A DNA stretch of 64,000 nt from Patescibacteria group bacterium (GCA_041649155.1 JBAZNP010000001.1:430564-494563); one strand, 5' to 3'. Counted from the stretch's first letter, positions 1 through 9,904 are shown. Translations and numbers: made by a program. Notes: a model not told the origin generated them from the sequence alone.

Positions 1-1966
1 TCGAAAGGACTATATGGCCAGTAAGTGCGGCATGTACGGCCATCTCGGCCGTTTCTTTGTCCCTAATCTCCCCGATCATTATAATGTCAGGATCTTGTCT
101 GACTATGGAACGTAAGCCGGAAGCAAAAGTATAATTTATATCAGCATTAACCTGGCTCTGATTAATTCCTTGCATTCTATATTCAATAGGATCTTCCAGA
201 GTAACAATATTAACCCCTTCGCTGTATAATTTATCAATAAGAGCATACAGCGTAGTTGTTTTTCCTGATCCAGTTGGTCCTGTCACCAAGGTCATTCCAT
301 GGGATTTTTTAATACTCTCTTTGAGAACTTCCAGACCACTTCCTCTTACTCCAAGATCTTCTATGGACAAGATTCCGGTCATTTTGTCTAAAACTCTCAT
401 TACAATTTTTTCACCGTTTGCAACCGGCATTGTGGAAACACGAAAATCAATTTTTCTGTTTTCAAAATTTATTGTAAACCGGCCATCTTGCGGCAGCCTT
501 TGTTCGTCTATTTTTAAGTTTGAAAGAATTTTAATTCTTGAAACTACGGCAGGCTCAATATCTAAAGGCATTGAGATTTTTTTCTTTAGAACACCATCCA
601 GTCTAAATCTAACTTCTACTTCTTTTTCTGATGGCTCGATATGAATGTCTGAAGCTTTATCCCGTATTGCTCTTCGAAGCAGGGAAGTAACTATTCTTGA
701 TGCAGGTGCATTATCAGAGATGGATTCAATTAATTCAGATTTGCCTTCCTTCGCGTTCTCCGTTTTACTTTCTTGATCTGCGGTTTCAATGGCTTCCTCA
801 ACTTCTGTCTCAAGTCCGTTGTATTGATCGAGAACAAAATTAATGCCTTCTTCGGCTGCTAAGACTGGGATAATCGGGCCTGTTACCTGTTTTTTGACCA
901 GCTCTTTCGCTTCCAGATCCTGAGGGTCAACCATTGCAACGACAAGTCCTTTTTCATTTTCTTCAACGGGAACCAATTTATACTTTCTAGCCACTTTCTC
1001 AGGAATTTTTTGTAATATTTCCTTGTAAACTATTGTTTTTGAAAGATCCATAAATGATATGTTATCTTTGACTTTTGAAAAAGGGACTATTTCAACCGGT
1101 TCTTTATCCAGTTTTGTTTCTTCAATTTGTTTTTCAGGAGTGTATAGATTTGGTGTATTTTTAATTTCTGTTTTAATGCTATCAATTTTTCTTTCTCCGA
1201 CCGGTTTGTTTACTGGAATGGAACTTGATTCCTTCTGAAATATGCCGGAGTTTACCAGAGATATCTTGCCATCATCCTTCTTCTCCATATCGCTGTTTAT
1301 GGAATGCTCTTTGTGGTCGGTAGTGTCTATGTCTTGTCTTTTAAATATGCGTCCGAGAAATGAGTTGGCCCGTTTTTTATGTACTCTTATTGCATCTCCA
1401 AAAGTGGCCTCCTCTTTGCTTCCATCATGCATTAACTCTTCATAAATATTTACTGGAGGTTCGTTTGAAGCAGTTTTCTCTTCGATATTCGTATTATTTT
1501 TCGATATTTTAGTTGATATTTTATTTATCGGTATTTCGATCAGATTATCGTCTGACTCTGGTTTACTTTTATTTTTTTTCTGGGGTTCTTCCTGCGATTG
1601 CGGCAATATTGATTGGTAGACATTCTTATCGTTATTGATTTTATTTTTCTTTGCTCCATGCAGGGTTGCGTTCTCGACTACTCGCGAATTTTTTACCAGA
1701 TCCTTAATGTTCCCTGAAGGCATCCACTTGACTGCGTTTGTTGGAAGCATGACCATTTTTTTAGCTGCACCGAATTTGGGATGGAAGATCACTTTTGAGG
1801 GATAGTGAACGGTGTAAAAAGTGCCAAAATTTGAATAAACAATTTTTTCGCCTTTACTAAGAACGTCGCTTACTACAGCTCCAAAAGCGATTATCAAGTT
1901 CTCAGCTTGCTGCTGGTTTAAATTTGTTTGTTTTGCAATTTGCTTTGCTAAATCTTTTCTTGTCAT
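1..1966 (-). CDS. pilB: PilB/GspE-family type IV pilus assembly ATPase with N-terminal HU/IHF-like domain (runs off window edge)
   Basis: Hand translation from ATG at 1966: MTRKDLAKQIAKQTNLNQQQAENLIIAFGAVVSDVLSKGEKIVYSNFGTF (HU-like), long linker, IPEKVARKYKLVPVEE..VVAMVDP, Walker A GPTGSGKTTTLY, LEDPIEY, RQDPDIIMIGEIRD. Absent from the ORF track because there is no stop in the window. Confidence 0.9.
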   Translation of the reverse strand, partial: MTRKDLAKQIAKQTNLNQQQAENLIIAFGAVVSDVLSKGEKIVYSNFGTFYTVHYPSKVIFHPKFGAAKKMVMLPTNAVKWMPSGNIKDLVKNSRVVENATLHGAKKNKINNDKNVYQSILPQSQEEPQKKNKSKPESDDNLIEIPINKISTKISKNNTNIEEKTASNEPPVNIYEELMHDGSKEEATFGDAIRVHKKRANSFLGRIFKRQDIDTTDHKEHSINSDMEKKDDGKISLVNSGIFQKESSSIPVNKPVGERKIDSIKTEIKNTPNLYTPEKQIEETKLDKEPVEIVPFSKVKDNISFMDLSKTIVYKEILQKIPEKVARKYKLVPVEENEKGLVVAMVDPQDLEAKELVKKQVTGPIIPVLAAEEGINFVLDQYNGLETEVEEAIETADQESKTENAKEGKSELIESISDNAPASRIVTSLLRRAIRDKASDIHIEPSEKEVEVRFRLDGVLKKKISMPLDIEPAVVSRIKILSNLKIDEQRLPQDGRFTINFENRKIDFRVSTMPVANGEKIVMRVLDKMTGILSIEDLGVRGSGLEVLKESIKKSHGMTLVTGPTGSGKTTTLYALIDKLYSEGVNIVTLEDPIEYRMQGINQSQVNADINYTFASGLRSIVRQDPDIIMIGEIRDKETAEMAVHAALTGHIVLS

Positions 1967-2150
1967 AAAAATAACAGATTACTAATTATACAGATAATAC
2001 GAATCGGACGAGGTTGTTAATTGGGGCGATTGTATGATTATAAAAAGAACCACAAGAGAAAGTTCTGTGGCCGCCTCCTCCTTTTTAATTTTAACATTCG
2101 TTACGGTTTTAAACAATAGTTTTATACCGAAAAAAGCGGAAATATAGGCT

Positions 2151-2237
2151 AGTTGTCAGTAAATCAGTAATAGCTATTAGAAGTGACTAGCGACAACCTG
2201 CCTGCCGGCAGGCTTATTTACTTTACAACTGACAACT
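2151..2237. repeat. AGTTGTC/GACAACT inverted-arm element with nested CCTGCCTGCCGGCAGGC palindrome
   Basis: Core AATAGCTATTAGAAGTGACTAG recurs with variation in the 21330-21447 element and at ~22320-22365. Confidence 0.8.
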
Positions 2238-2352
2238 GTTTACAACCTTGTGGACTACTTTAGGGACAATTTTTTACTTGCAGGTTGGGACTGGATAAAG
2301 TTACTACAGTTCCCGAGTTATATGGCTAAGGGATATAATAACTTTGTATTAA

Positions 2353-2454
2353 AAGATACAAGTTACAAGAAACAATAACCAAATAAGCTTCAATATTCAA
2401 AAAAAACAATTTCCAAATATGTTTGTATCTTGTCGCTTGTCTCTTGAGATTTGT
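2353..2454. repeat. AAGATAC/GTATCTT heptamer inverted-arm element upstream of dnaX
   Basis: AAGATAC AAGTTAC AAGAAAC ... TGTATCT TGTCGCT TGTCTCT; sister copy at 4094-4224. Confidence 0.8.
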
Positions 2455-2471
2455 AAAATGGAATTTTACCC

Positions 2472-4094
2472 ATGGCTTTTTATCAAAAATATAGATCAAA
2501 GACATTTTCTGACCTAATCGGGCAAGACCAGATCAGGGATACTTTGATTGAGGCGATAAAGAGCGATAAACTGTCTCATGCTTATCTTTTAACTGGTCCT
2601 AGAGGGACAGGAAAAACATCAACTGCCCGTTTGCTGGCTAAAGCGGCGAATTGTTTAACCCTGTCTGAACTAAAAAAAGCAGGGAAGGAAATTTCAGGAG
2701 AACCCTGCAATACTTGTGATGCCTGTCTGGAAATAGGCCAAGGCAGATCGATCGATGTTATTGAAATAGATGCTGCTTCACATACAGGAGTGGACGAAAT
2801 CAGAGAGCTGATTGAAAAAGCTCAATTTGCTCCAAATAAGTCGAGCAAGAAAATTTATATCATCGATGAAGTTCACATGTTATCCAAAAGTGCCTTCAAC
2901 GCACTTTTAAAGACTCTCGAAGAACCGCCAAAACATGTTGTTTTTATTCTGGCAACCACCGAGGTTCATAAATTGCCGGCTACTATTTTGTCCCGAGTTC
3001 AACGCTATGATTTTCGCCGGGTTTCAAAGGATGATATTATTAAAAATTTAACCAAAATTGTTGAGGCTGAGAAGTTCGATATAGATAAAGGTTCTTTAGA
3101 ATTAATCGCTGCAAATGCTGAGGGCGGTCATCGTGATGCGATTGTTCTCCTGGAGAAAATTTCTTCTTTGGGGAAAAAGATAGACAGAGCCTCAGTTGAG
3201 AACATGTTAGGTATTGCGGATAGGGAATTTATATATGGGTTTCTGGGGGCGATTTTTGATAACAATCCGGAGGAGGGATTAAAAATCGCCCATCGTCTTT
3301 ATGATGAAGGGCTGGAAATGGTTCAGTTTAATAAAGACGTCATCGAAGTACTTCGAAAAATGTTGCTGTTGAAAGAGTCCGGTCAGGTATTGTTTGAAGA
3401 TACTGCCGAGAACGTTGCGTCAATAAAAGACCTGAGCGAAAAAGCATCTGGCGACCGGATATTGAAAATTGTAGAGATATTTTTAAAGTCAGGGAATTTA
3501 CTAAAAGATATTGCTTATCCGATTTTGCCGGTTGAGATGGCGGTCATTGAAAGTTCTGCAGAACTTTCAATTCAGAATCAAGAAGCTCGAATTATGAATC
3601 ATGAATTTAAGGCGACGGTGGAAGATGATAAAAAGTCTGTAACTCAGGAAGAAAAAAAGAGTTTAAATGGCGAATCAATAAAGGGTAAAGAAAATCAGCA
3701 AACTAAGGACAAGGAGCAAGTCCATGATTCAAAATTCAAAATTCAAAATTCTGAAAAAGATACTGTCCCTGTGGTTGTGCTTCAAATGACCGACGATGTT
3801 TGGGCGAAAGCAATGAGTGAAATTAAGCGGGCGAATGCTTCTCTGGCTGCTTTGATGCGCGATACAAAACTATTGGAGTATACTAAGGGCAAACTGATTT
3901 TGGGAGTAAAATTTAAATTTCATAAAGACAAGATTTCATCTCCTGAAAATGCTAAAATTTTAGAAAAAATATTTTATGACATAACCGGTGAAAATTGTGT
4001 AGTTGTTTGCAAGTTGATTGAATCGAAACCAAGAGAAAACAAAATAACTGACAGCAAGGAGCTGCAGAAAGCAGCCGAAGAAATATTTTCATAA
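2472..4094 (+). CDS. dnaX: DNA polymerase III subunit gamma/tau
   Basis: GPRGTGKT, zinc CxxCxxC, EIDAAS, IIDEVHMLS, SRVQR motifs. Confidence 0.97.
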   Translation: MAFYQKYRSKTFSDLIGQDQIRDTLIEAIKSDKLSHAYLLTGPRGTGKTSTARLLAKAANCLTLSELKKAGKEISGEPCNTCDACLEIGQGRSIDVIEIDAASHTGVDEIRELIEKAQFAPNKSSKKIYIIDEVHMLSKSAFNALLKTLEEPPKHVVFILATTEVHKLPATILSRVQRYDFRRVSKDDIIKNLTKIVEAEKFDIDKGSLELIAANAEGGHRDAIVLLEKISSLGKKIDRASVENMLGIADREFIYGFLGAIFDNNPEEGLKIAHRLYDEGLEMVQFNKDVIEVLRKMLLLKESGQVLFEDTAENVASIKDLSEKASGDRILKIVEIFLKSGNLLKDIAYPILPVEMAVIESSAELSIQNQEARIMNHEFKATVEDDKKSVTQEEKKSLNGESIKGKENQQTKDKEQVHDSKFKIQNSEKDTVPVVVLQMTDDVWAKAMSEIKRANASLAALMRDTKLLEYTKGKLILGVKFKFHKDKISSPENAKILEKIFYDITGENCVVVCKLIESKPRENKITDSKELQKAAEEIFS

Positions 4095-4224
4095 AGATAC
4101 AAGACACAAGGAACAATAACCAAACAATATTCAATAAACAAACACCAAATGCTCAAATGTTTGAATATTATTCAATTGGTTATTTGATATTTGTTTGTAT
4201 CTTGTAACTTGTTTCTTGGGATTT
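4094..4224. repeat. AAGATAC/GTATCTT heptamer inverted-arm element between dnaX and dnaB
   Basis: AAGATAC AAGACAC AAGGAAC ... TGTATCT TGTAACT TGTTTCT. Confidence 0.8.
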
Positions 4225-4238
4225 ATCACGGAGGTGTA

Positions 4239-5660
4239 GTGGCAAGAGAAAATAACGAAAATTCGAATAGAACAAATGATCGCAAGAGGAAAGTCGTAAT
4301 TCCTTCCGGCGTTCGTATGCCTCCTCAAAATGTTAATGCTGAGAGAAGTGTTTTGGGCTCGATTTTACTTGACAAGGACGCAATAATAAAAATTATTGAT
4401 ATTGTTACGCCTGAAGATTTTTATGAGGATCGAAACGGTATTATTTATGATGCAATGATTAGCTTATTTGACAAGCGCCAACCGATCGATATCGTCACAA
4501 TCTCAGAGATCTTGGAGGCTTGCGGAAAGATTAAAGAGGTGGGCGGGTCAAGCTATCTGGCTGAAATTGTGAATGATACACCTTCCGCTTCAAACATTGT
4601 TCACTATGCTCAGATTTGCCGTGAGAAAGCGGTTTTGCGCCGACTGATTAATGCTGCCGGAAATATTACAGAATTGGGATATGATGAAGACGCCGAACTT
4701 TCCGAAACTCTTGATAAGGCGGAACAATCATTATTTGCTGTTTCGCAAAAATTTCTTAAGAATAAATTTATTTCAATTCAGGATGTTCTGACAGAGGCCT
4801 TTGACAGAATCGACAAGATCCACAAGGACAAAGACAAAGGTGCGCTTCGGGGTGTGCCAAGCGGTTTCCGCGATCTTGACAATGTCACGGCCGGTTTTCA
4901 AAATTCCGATTTAATTATATTGGCAGCCCGACCTTCAATGGGTAAAACTTCTTTTGCTCTGAATCTGGCTGAGAATGCAGCTATTGATGAAAAAATTCCA
5001 GTTGGAATATTCTCTTTGGAAATGAGCAAAGACCAGTTGATCGACCGTCTTTTGTCGTCTCAGGCTGCGGTTGATTCATGGAAATTGCGAACAGGGAACC
5101 TTACTGACGATGATTTTCCAAAAATTGGTTACGCTATGGGCGTTCTTTCTGAGGCACCGATTTTTATTGATGATTCGGCGGGTGGTAATATTATGGAAAT
5201 TAGAGCGAAAGCGAGAAGATTGCAAATGGAGCATGGACTAGGCCTTATTATCATTGATTATCTGCAGTTAATGGAAGGACGCTCGAAAAGCGGAGATGGA
5301 AATCGTGTTCAAGAGATATCGGAAATTTCTCGATCATTAAAAGGCTTGGCTCGCGAATTAAATGTTCCGATAATCGCTTTATCCCAGCTCTCCCGTGCGG
5401 TTGAGCACAGAGACAACAAACGGCCTCAGCTTTCAGACTTGAGAGAGAGTGGTTCGATCGAGCAGGATGCCGACGTTGTTATGTTTTTATATCGTGACGA
5501 GTACTACAACCCCGATACTGAAAACAAGGGGATTACGGAAGTTTTGATCAAGAAGCACAGAAACGGTCCGATCGGTCATGCTGATTTGTTCTTTAATCCA
5601 GGGCAGATGCGCTTTTCTGATTTGGAAAAAAACAGAGTTTCAAGCAATAACGAGGATTAG
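4239..5660 (+). CDS. dnaB: Replicative DNA helicase
   Basis: AARPSMGKT, IIIDYLQLM, SQLSRAVE, LSDLRESGSIEQDAD; start moved to GTG 4239 after GGAGG. Confidence 0.97.
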   Translation: MARENNENSNRTNDRKRKVVIPSGVRMPPQNVNAERSVLGSILLDKDAIIKIIDIVTPEDFYEDRNGIIYDAMISLFDKRQPIDIVTISEILEACGKIKEVGGSSYLAEIVNDTPSASNIVHYAQICREKAVLRRLINAAGNITELGYDEDAELSETLDKAEQSLFAVSQKFLKNKFISIQDVLTEAFDRIDKIHKDKDKGALRGVPSGFRDLDNVTAGFQNSDLIILAARPSMGKTSFALNLAENAAIDEKIPVGIFSLEMSKDQLIDRLLSSQAAVDSWKLRTGNLTDDDFPKIGYAMGVLSEAPIFIDDSAGGNIMEIRAKARRLQMEHGLGLIIIDYLQLMEGRSKSGDGNRVQEISEISRSLKGLARELNVPIIALSQLSRAVEHRDNKRPQLSDLRESGSIEQDADVVMFLYRDEYYNPDTENKGITEVLIKKHRNGPIGHADLFFNPGQMRFSDLEKNRVSSNNED

Positions 5661-5699
5661 GCAAGTTGTCAGTATTAACTTCAAATCATGACAAAATAA

Positions 5700-5736
5700 A
5701 AAAACATCCCCGCACCAGATTTCGGTGGGGGATATT
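5700..5736. terminator. Hairpin between convergent dnaB and luxR-like gene
   Basis: ATCCCC-GCACC..GGTGGGGGAT stem with preceding A-run. Confidence 0.55.
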
Positions 5737-5756
5737 GATCTAGCTGCTATTAACAG

Positions 5757-6008
5757 CTAGTTTATGGCTTCGATTGGAATAAATCCCAATCTAGCAGCTT
5801 TTCGCAGAGCTTGTATCCGGTTGGAAGCCTTAAGCTTGTTGTATGCATTGGCTAAATGATAGTCAATCGTTCGTTTACTGCAGACTAATATATCCGCAGC
5901 TTCTCGGGACGAAACTCCCTGAGAGATTGTAAGTAGAACTTCGGTTTCTCTCGCCGTCAGAACAACGGTTCTTGATGGTTCCTGTTCTGTGCTGATTGGC
6001 ATCACCAT
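5757..6008 (-). CDS. Stand-alone LuxR/GerE-type HTH regulator
   Basis: LTARETEVL..G.SSREAADIL..SKRTIDYHLANAYNKL. Confidence 0.88.
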   Translation of the reverse strand: MVMPISTEQEPSRTVVLTARETEVLLTISQGVSSREAADILVCSKRTIDYHLANAYNKLKASNRIQALRKAARLGFIPIEAIN

Positions 6009-6192
6009 TCTTTCTTGATCCTCCCCATCCTTGTTTTGTCGCTAAAAAACAGCTAACGGTTACATATTCTACAGATAAATCATCAAAATGTCAATGGTTT
6101 AAAAAATGTTAATCTCATCTATTAAATTTATTTTTTATTGTTTTCTGGACTATATATTTTATTATTATATCACTATATTGAGCGTTTAACCC

Positions 6193-6221
6193 TTGACAAA
6201 CTGTGGCTAAAGAGATACAAT
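6193..6221 (+). promoter_or_regulatory. Sigma70-type promoter
   Basis: TTGACA-17 nt-TACAAT. Confidence 0.75.
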
Positions 6222-6227
6222 GATTTA

Positions 6228-6700
6228 ATCACTTTAAAAACTGAATATCATTGCTGAGGGGCGATGAAATGGATACTAAATTAGAACGCGCCTCTCAAAA
6301 AAGGCGCTTTTTGTTAAAATATGGCTAGAGCGAGATGGGATTTTGAAAGGTTCACCCCTGCCTTTCTAGAAGGAAGATAATAAAATCGATAAAATAAGTG
6401 ATTGCATTATCTTCCTCCCAGCTCGTTCTTGCCAAACAGGCAAGAAAGCAAGTTTTCTCTAAAAGGAAAACAAAAACCAAAAACTGATACGCAAAAAAGT
6501 AAGAGGAAATCAAAAAGTTATCTTTTGCTAAATATTAAATTTAGTAAGGGATGCCACAAAACGATTAGTGTCGCTTTGCGACCCCTCTTACGGGCGTAAA
6601 TTAATGTGACCGGGCAATAATTAAAATAATAATTCCCGATTAGTTCACAAATTGATTTACGCTCCATCAAAAAAATCCGATATTACGATCGGGTTTTTTT
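6228..6700 (+). ncRNA. Candidate large structured non-coding RNA of unknown class
   Basis: About ten stems in nested multi-branch domains between a consensus promoter and an intrinsic terminator; G-U wobbles favour the + strand. Confidence 0.6.
6669..6700. terminator. Intrinsic terminator, bidirectional form
   Basis: AAAAAAATCCGA-loop-TCGGGTTTTTTT. Confidence 0.7.
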
Positions 6701-6785
6701 GTGTCACTTGTCCACTTTTTTGTTTTTGGTTGGTTTGGTATGATAATAAAAATGCCAAAATTTTGCGGGTGAGGGAGGCAGTAAA

Positions 6786-7004
6786 ATGATTGATTGGAAC
6801 AATGAAGCAAGCAGAATTATTGACCAAATCCGTGGTTTTTCAAGAAGAGGTATTTTGTCCGGAGACCAAAGAAGAGAGGTGCAAAAACTCTTTTCGGAAC
6901 TTGTAGTTCTGACAGGGTGCCAAGATATGGCAATGAGTTATTGCAAAGCATGCATGACACCGCATCTTCGCAATATTATCGCGAGCACAGATGCCGCAGC
7001 CTAA
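6786..7004 (+). CDS. Small hypothetical protein
   Basis: GGGAGG RBS, 72 aa, family not recognised. Confidence 0.6.
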   Translation: MIDWNNEASRIIDQIRGFSRRGILSGDQRREVQKLFSELVVLTGCQDMAMSYCKACMTPHLRNIIASTDAAA

Positions 7005-7174
7005 GCGGTACATATCCACGCCTTAGTGCGTACTCCCCGAGGGACACTCAGTTCCGAGGGATTCCTTTTTTCAAAAAACCCTAGGCGCAAGACTGAATAG
7101 GTCTTTTTTATTTTGACTTTATTAAGAAGTGTCTGATACTCTAAAATTAGAATAAGATAGCTAGGAGGATCCTC

Positions 7175-7579
7175 ATGGCAGGAGAATGGTTATTTCCGGA
7201 AATGGAAAATTCAGTAGAGCCTGTTCCTGAAGTCGGGGGAAAACCAAAGAGTGATCCTTGGCTTGAGGAGTTTTACAAAGAGGCTGAAAAGAAGGGGACA
7301 GTTATTGCAATTGAGGAATTCTCTTCGATTGCTTTAACTGAAGACGATCATTTATTCTTGCATGAAGCTGAAGACGAGAAGCTTAAACTCAGAGCTAGTG
7401 CAAAGATTGCTAACCCGACTACTTCAGAAGAGCGAGAAAGATTATCTTTGGTATTGGATTTAATCGAGAAAACCACCTTGCCATATGCTCTAAATTGGAT
7501 AAAAAAAGAGTGCGATGCAATGTTCGTTCCGACAAACGAAGATGAGAGTCCATATCAAAGCCGAGAGCGGGCGGCATAG
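7175..7579 (+). CDS. Hypothetical acidic protein
   Basis: AGGAGG RBS, 134 aa. Confidence 0.65.
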   Translation: MAGEWLFPEMENSVEPVPEVGGKPKSDPWLEEFYKEAEKKGTVIAIEEFSSIALTEDDHLFLHEAEDEKLKLRASAKIANPTTSEERERLSLVLDLIEKTTLPYALNWIKKECDAMFVPTNEDESPYQSRERAA

Positions 7580-7699
7580 TCATTGCCTTAAGGGGCTTTT
7601 GGGCCAGACTGTTATATTTGTAGCAGGCTGGTCATTCTTTTTTTTAGTTGGTAAAATGGCTTAGTTAGTATTAAGTATCAAGTATTAAGTATCAAGCAC

Positions 7700-9706
7700 A
7701 TGGCAACGGAATTATTAGACAATTTGAATAAGAAGCAACAGGAAGCGGTTTTGGCGACAGAGGGTCCGGTTTTAATATTGGCTGGAGCTGGAAGTGGAAA
7801 GACAAAGACTCTGACTCATCGGATCGCTTATCTTATTGAGGAGAAACAGGTTTCGCCCTTTAATATTTTAGCTGTTACTTTTACTAATAAAGCAGCTGGA
7901 GAAATGGCCGATAGGATCGGCCATTTGTTGGGAGCAGGGAGCAGGGAGAATGGAGAGAACTCCAAGCTACCCTGGATGGGCACATTTCACTCAATTTGTG
8001 TAAAGGTCTTGCGAAGGGAAGCACATGTTTTGGGGTATGAGCGTAGTTTTACAATTTACGATTCTGGAGACCAGCTTTCGGTTATTAAAAGAATAATGAG
8101 AGATTTAAATATCGATCCGAAGAACTTTTCTCCAAAGTCGGTTCAATATTTTATATCTGGTGCGAAAAATGAACTTTTAACTGCGAAAGATTATAAGAAA
8201 TATGTTAATTCGCCCTTCGAGAATGTAACCTCGAGAGTTTATGAAAAATATGAAGCCTATTTGAGAGAAGCTAACGGCATGGACTTTGACGATCTTTTAA
8301 TGCAATGCGTATTTTTGTTTCAGCAAAATCTCGAAGTTCTCAGAAAATATCAAAATCAGTTTAAATATATTTTGGTTGATGAGTATCAGGACACAAACCA
8401 AGCTCAATACATCTGGACTAAGCTTCTGGCAGAAAAGCACAAAAACATTATGGTGGTTGGCGATGATTATCAAGCAATTTATGGCTGGCGGGGGGCAAAT
8501 TTTAAAAATATTTTAAATTTTGAAAAAGACTACAAAAATACTAAAATAATTAAACTTGAGCAAAACTATCGTTCCACAAAGACAATTTTAGCTGCGGCAG
8601 ACGAGGTAATTAAGTATAATAAGCTCCGAACCGACAAAAGTTTATGGACGGAAAATCCTAATGGTTTGCCAATCACAGTTTATGAGGCGTTGAATGAGAA
8701 AGATGAAGCGGAGTTTGTATGTTTAGAGGTCCGATCGCTGGCAAAGAGATATTTTTCGAGTGGAGCGAGAAGTTCTCAGCCTTCGGCTTCGAACAATATT
8801 TATAGTAATTTCTGCGTATTATATCGAACCAATGCTCAATCGCGAGCGGTTGAGGAAGCGATGCTTCGATTTGATATTCCTTATCGGGTTGTGGGCGGCG
8901 TACGTTTTTACGAAAGAAAAGAAATTAAAGATATAATTTCTTATTTACGTTTAGTAGTTAACCCAATGGACTTTGAGGCATTTAATCGGGCGGCTACATG
9001 TATATCGAGAGGTCTAGGAGAGAAAACATTGGCGCAAATAAGGGAAATTTCTAAATCCGAATTTCTAAATCCAAATCAAATTAAAAATCCTAAAATTTCA
9101 AAAAAACTTATTGATTTCATAATTTTAATATCAGAGATGAGACACCAGGCAGAGGATATGAGGCTTGATGATTTGATCGAACATATTTCCATAAAAACCG
9201 GTTATAAAAAACTTCTGCTTGACGGCACGCCGGAAGGGGAAGGAAGATGGGAAAATATACAGGAATTGATGACTGTAGCGTCACAGTTTGTCATTCCCGA
9301 TTTGATCGGGAATACAGATCTGGATCCTCGGGTCGAGCCCGAGAATGACAGCTCAAATAGTCTTGAGCGGTTTTTGGAACAGGTGGCACTTGTTCAAGAT
9401 ACGGACTCATTGAACAAAGGCACTGATGCAGTAACTCTTATGACCTTGCATTCTGCTAAGGGATTGGAATTTAAAACTGTTTTTATTGTTGGCGCGGAAG
9501 AAGGGATTTTCCCGCACTCAAGATCGTTAATTGACGAAAGTGAAATGGAAGAGGAAAGGCGTCTTGCCTACGTTGGCATCACCAGAGCAAGAGAGCGTTT
9601 GTACTTGATTTACGCCGAAGAGCGCAACATTTACGGCCGCTTTCAATCTAATCCTAAGTCAAGATTTATTGAGAACATCCCTGAAGAGTTGATTGATGAA
9701 TTGTAA
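7700..9706 (+). CDS. pcrA: PcrA/UvrD ATP-dependent DNA helicase
   Basis: AGAGSGKT, VDEYQDTN, VGDDYQAIYGWRGA, HSAKGLEF, EEERRLAYVGITRA. Confidence 0.96.
   Translation: MATELLDNLNKKQQEAVLATEGPVLILAGAGSGKTKTLTHRIAYLIEEKQVSPFNILAVTFTNKAAGEMADRIGHLLGAGSRENGENSKLPWMGTFHSICVKVLRREAHVLGYERSFTIYDSGDQLSVIKRIMRDLNIDPKNFSPKSVQYFISGAKNELLTAKDYKKYVNSPFENVTSRVYEKYEAYLREANGMDFDDLLMQCVFLFQQNLEVLRKYQNQFKYILVDEYQDTNQAQYIWTKLLAEKHKNIMVVGDDYQAIYGWRGANFKNILNFEKDYKNTKIIKLEQNYRSTKTILAAADEVIKYNKLRTDKSLWTENPNGLPITVYEALNEKDEAEFVCLEVRSLAKRYFSSGARSSQPSASNNIYSNFCVLYRTNAQSRAVEEAMLRFDIPYRVVGGVRFYERKEIKDIISYLRLVVNPMDFEAFNRAATCISRGLGEKTLAQIREISKSEFLNPNQIKNPKISKKLIDFIILISEMRHQAEDMRLDDLIEHISIKTGYKKLLLDGTPEGEGRWENIQELMTVASQFVIPDLIGNTDLDPRVEPENDSSNSLERFLEQVALVQDTDSLNKGTDAVTLMTLHSAKGLEFKTVFIVGAEEGIFPHSRSLIDESEMEEERRLAYVGITRARERLYLIYAEERNIYGRFQSNPKSRFIENIPEELIDEL
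9289..9350. repeat. TGTCAT..ATGACA double-hairpin palindromic element, in frame in pcrA
   Basis: TGTCATTCCCGATTTGATCGGGAAT..GGATCCTCGGGTCGAGCCCGAGAATGACA, read as VIPDLIGNTDLDPRVEPEND. Confidence 0.85.
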
Positions 9707-9791
9707 ACAATAAATTCAGATATATAATCTCTGTTTGACAAAATCCGGTCTGATGGACTATCTTGATGTTATCAATCCAAGAGGTGTAGAG

Positions 9792-9896
9792 ATGAGAGTG
9801 ATTTCTAGTTTCTTTTGGTTAGTTGTGGGGGCGATTCTTTTTCTTTGCTCTCGAGAGTATCGAGAGGTGTTCAGTGACGAAGCTTGTAATGGTTAG
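9792..9896 (+). CDS. 34-aa small membrane protein, below ORF-track cutoff
   Basis: MRVISSFFWLVVGAILFLCSREYREVFSDEACNG; GAGGTG RBS, TTGACA at 9735, terminator at 9905-9934. Confidence 0.55.
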   Translation: MRVISSFFWLVVGAILFLCSREYREVFSDEACNG

Positions 9897-9904
9897 CTGT
9901 GGCT

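Noticed and set aside
2280-2330. SRP RNA upstream of dnaX
   Set aside because: Only a short GGGACTG/CAGTTCCC stem; no SRP domain IV motif seen.
4191-4238. N-terminal extensions of dnaB, atpC (47419-47493), the ABC ATPase (43556-43672) and the DMT gene in the ORF track
   Set aside because: They are read-through of intergenic repeat elements; better starts lie downstream.
6402-6599. 65-aa ORF
   Set aside because: TTG start without RBS, lies across dense RNA stems, low-complexity translation.
6228-6700. tmRNA or RNase P identity for the structured RNA
   Set aside because: No tRNA-like ends with CCA and no GAGGAAAGUCC or matching 3' P4 motif by eye; a very divergent form is not excluded without cmscan.
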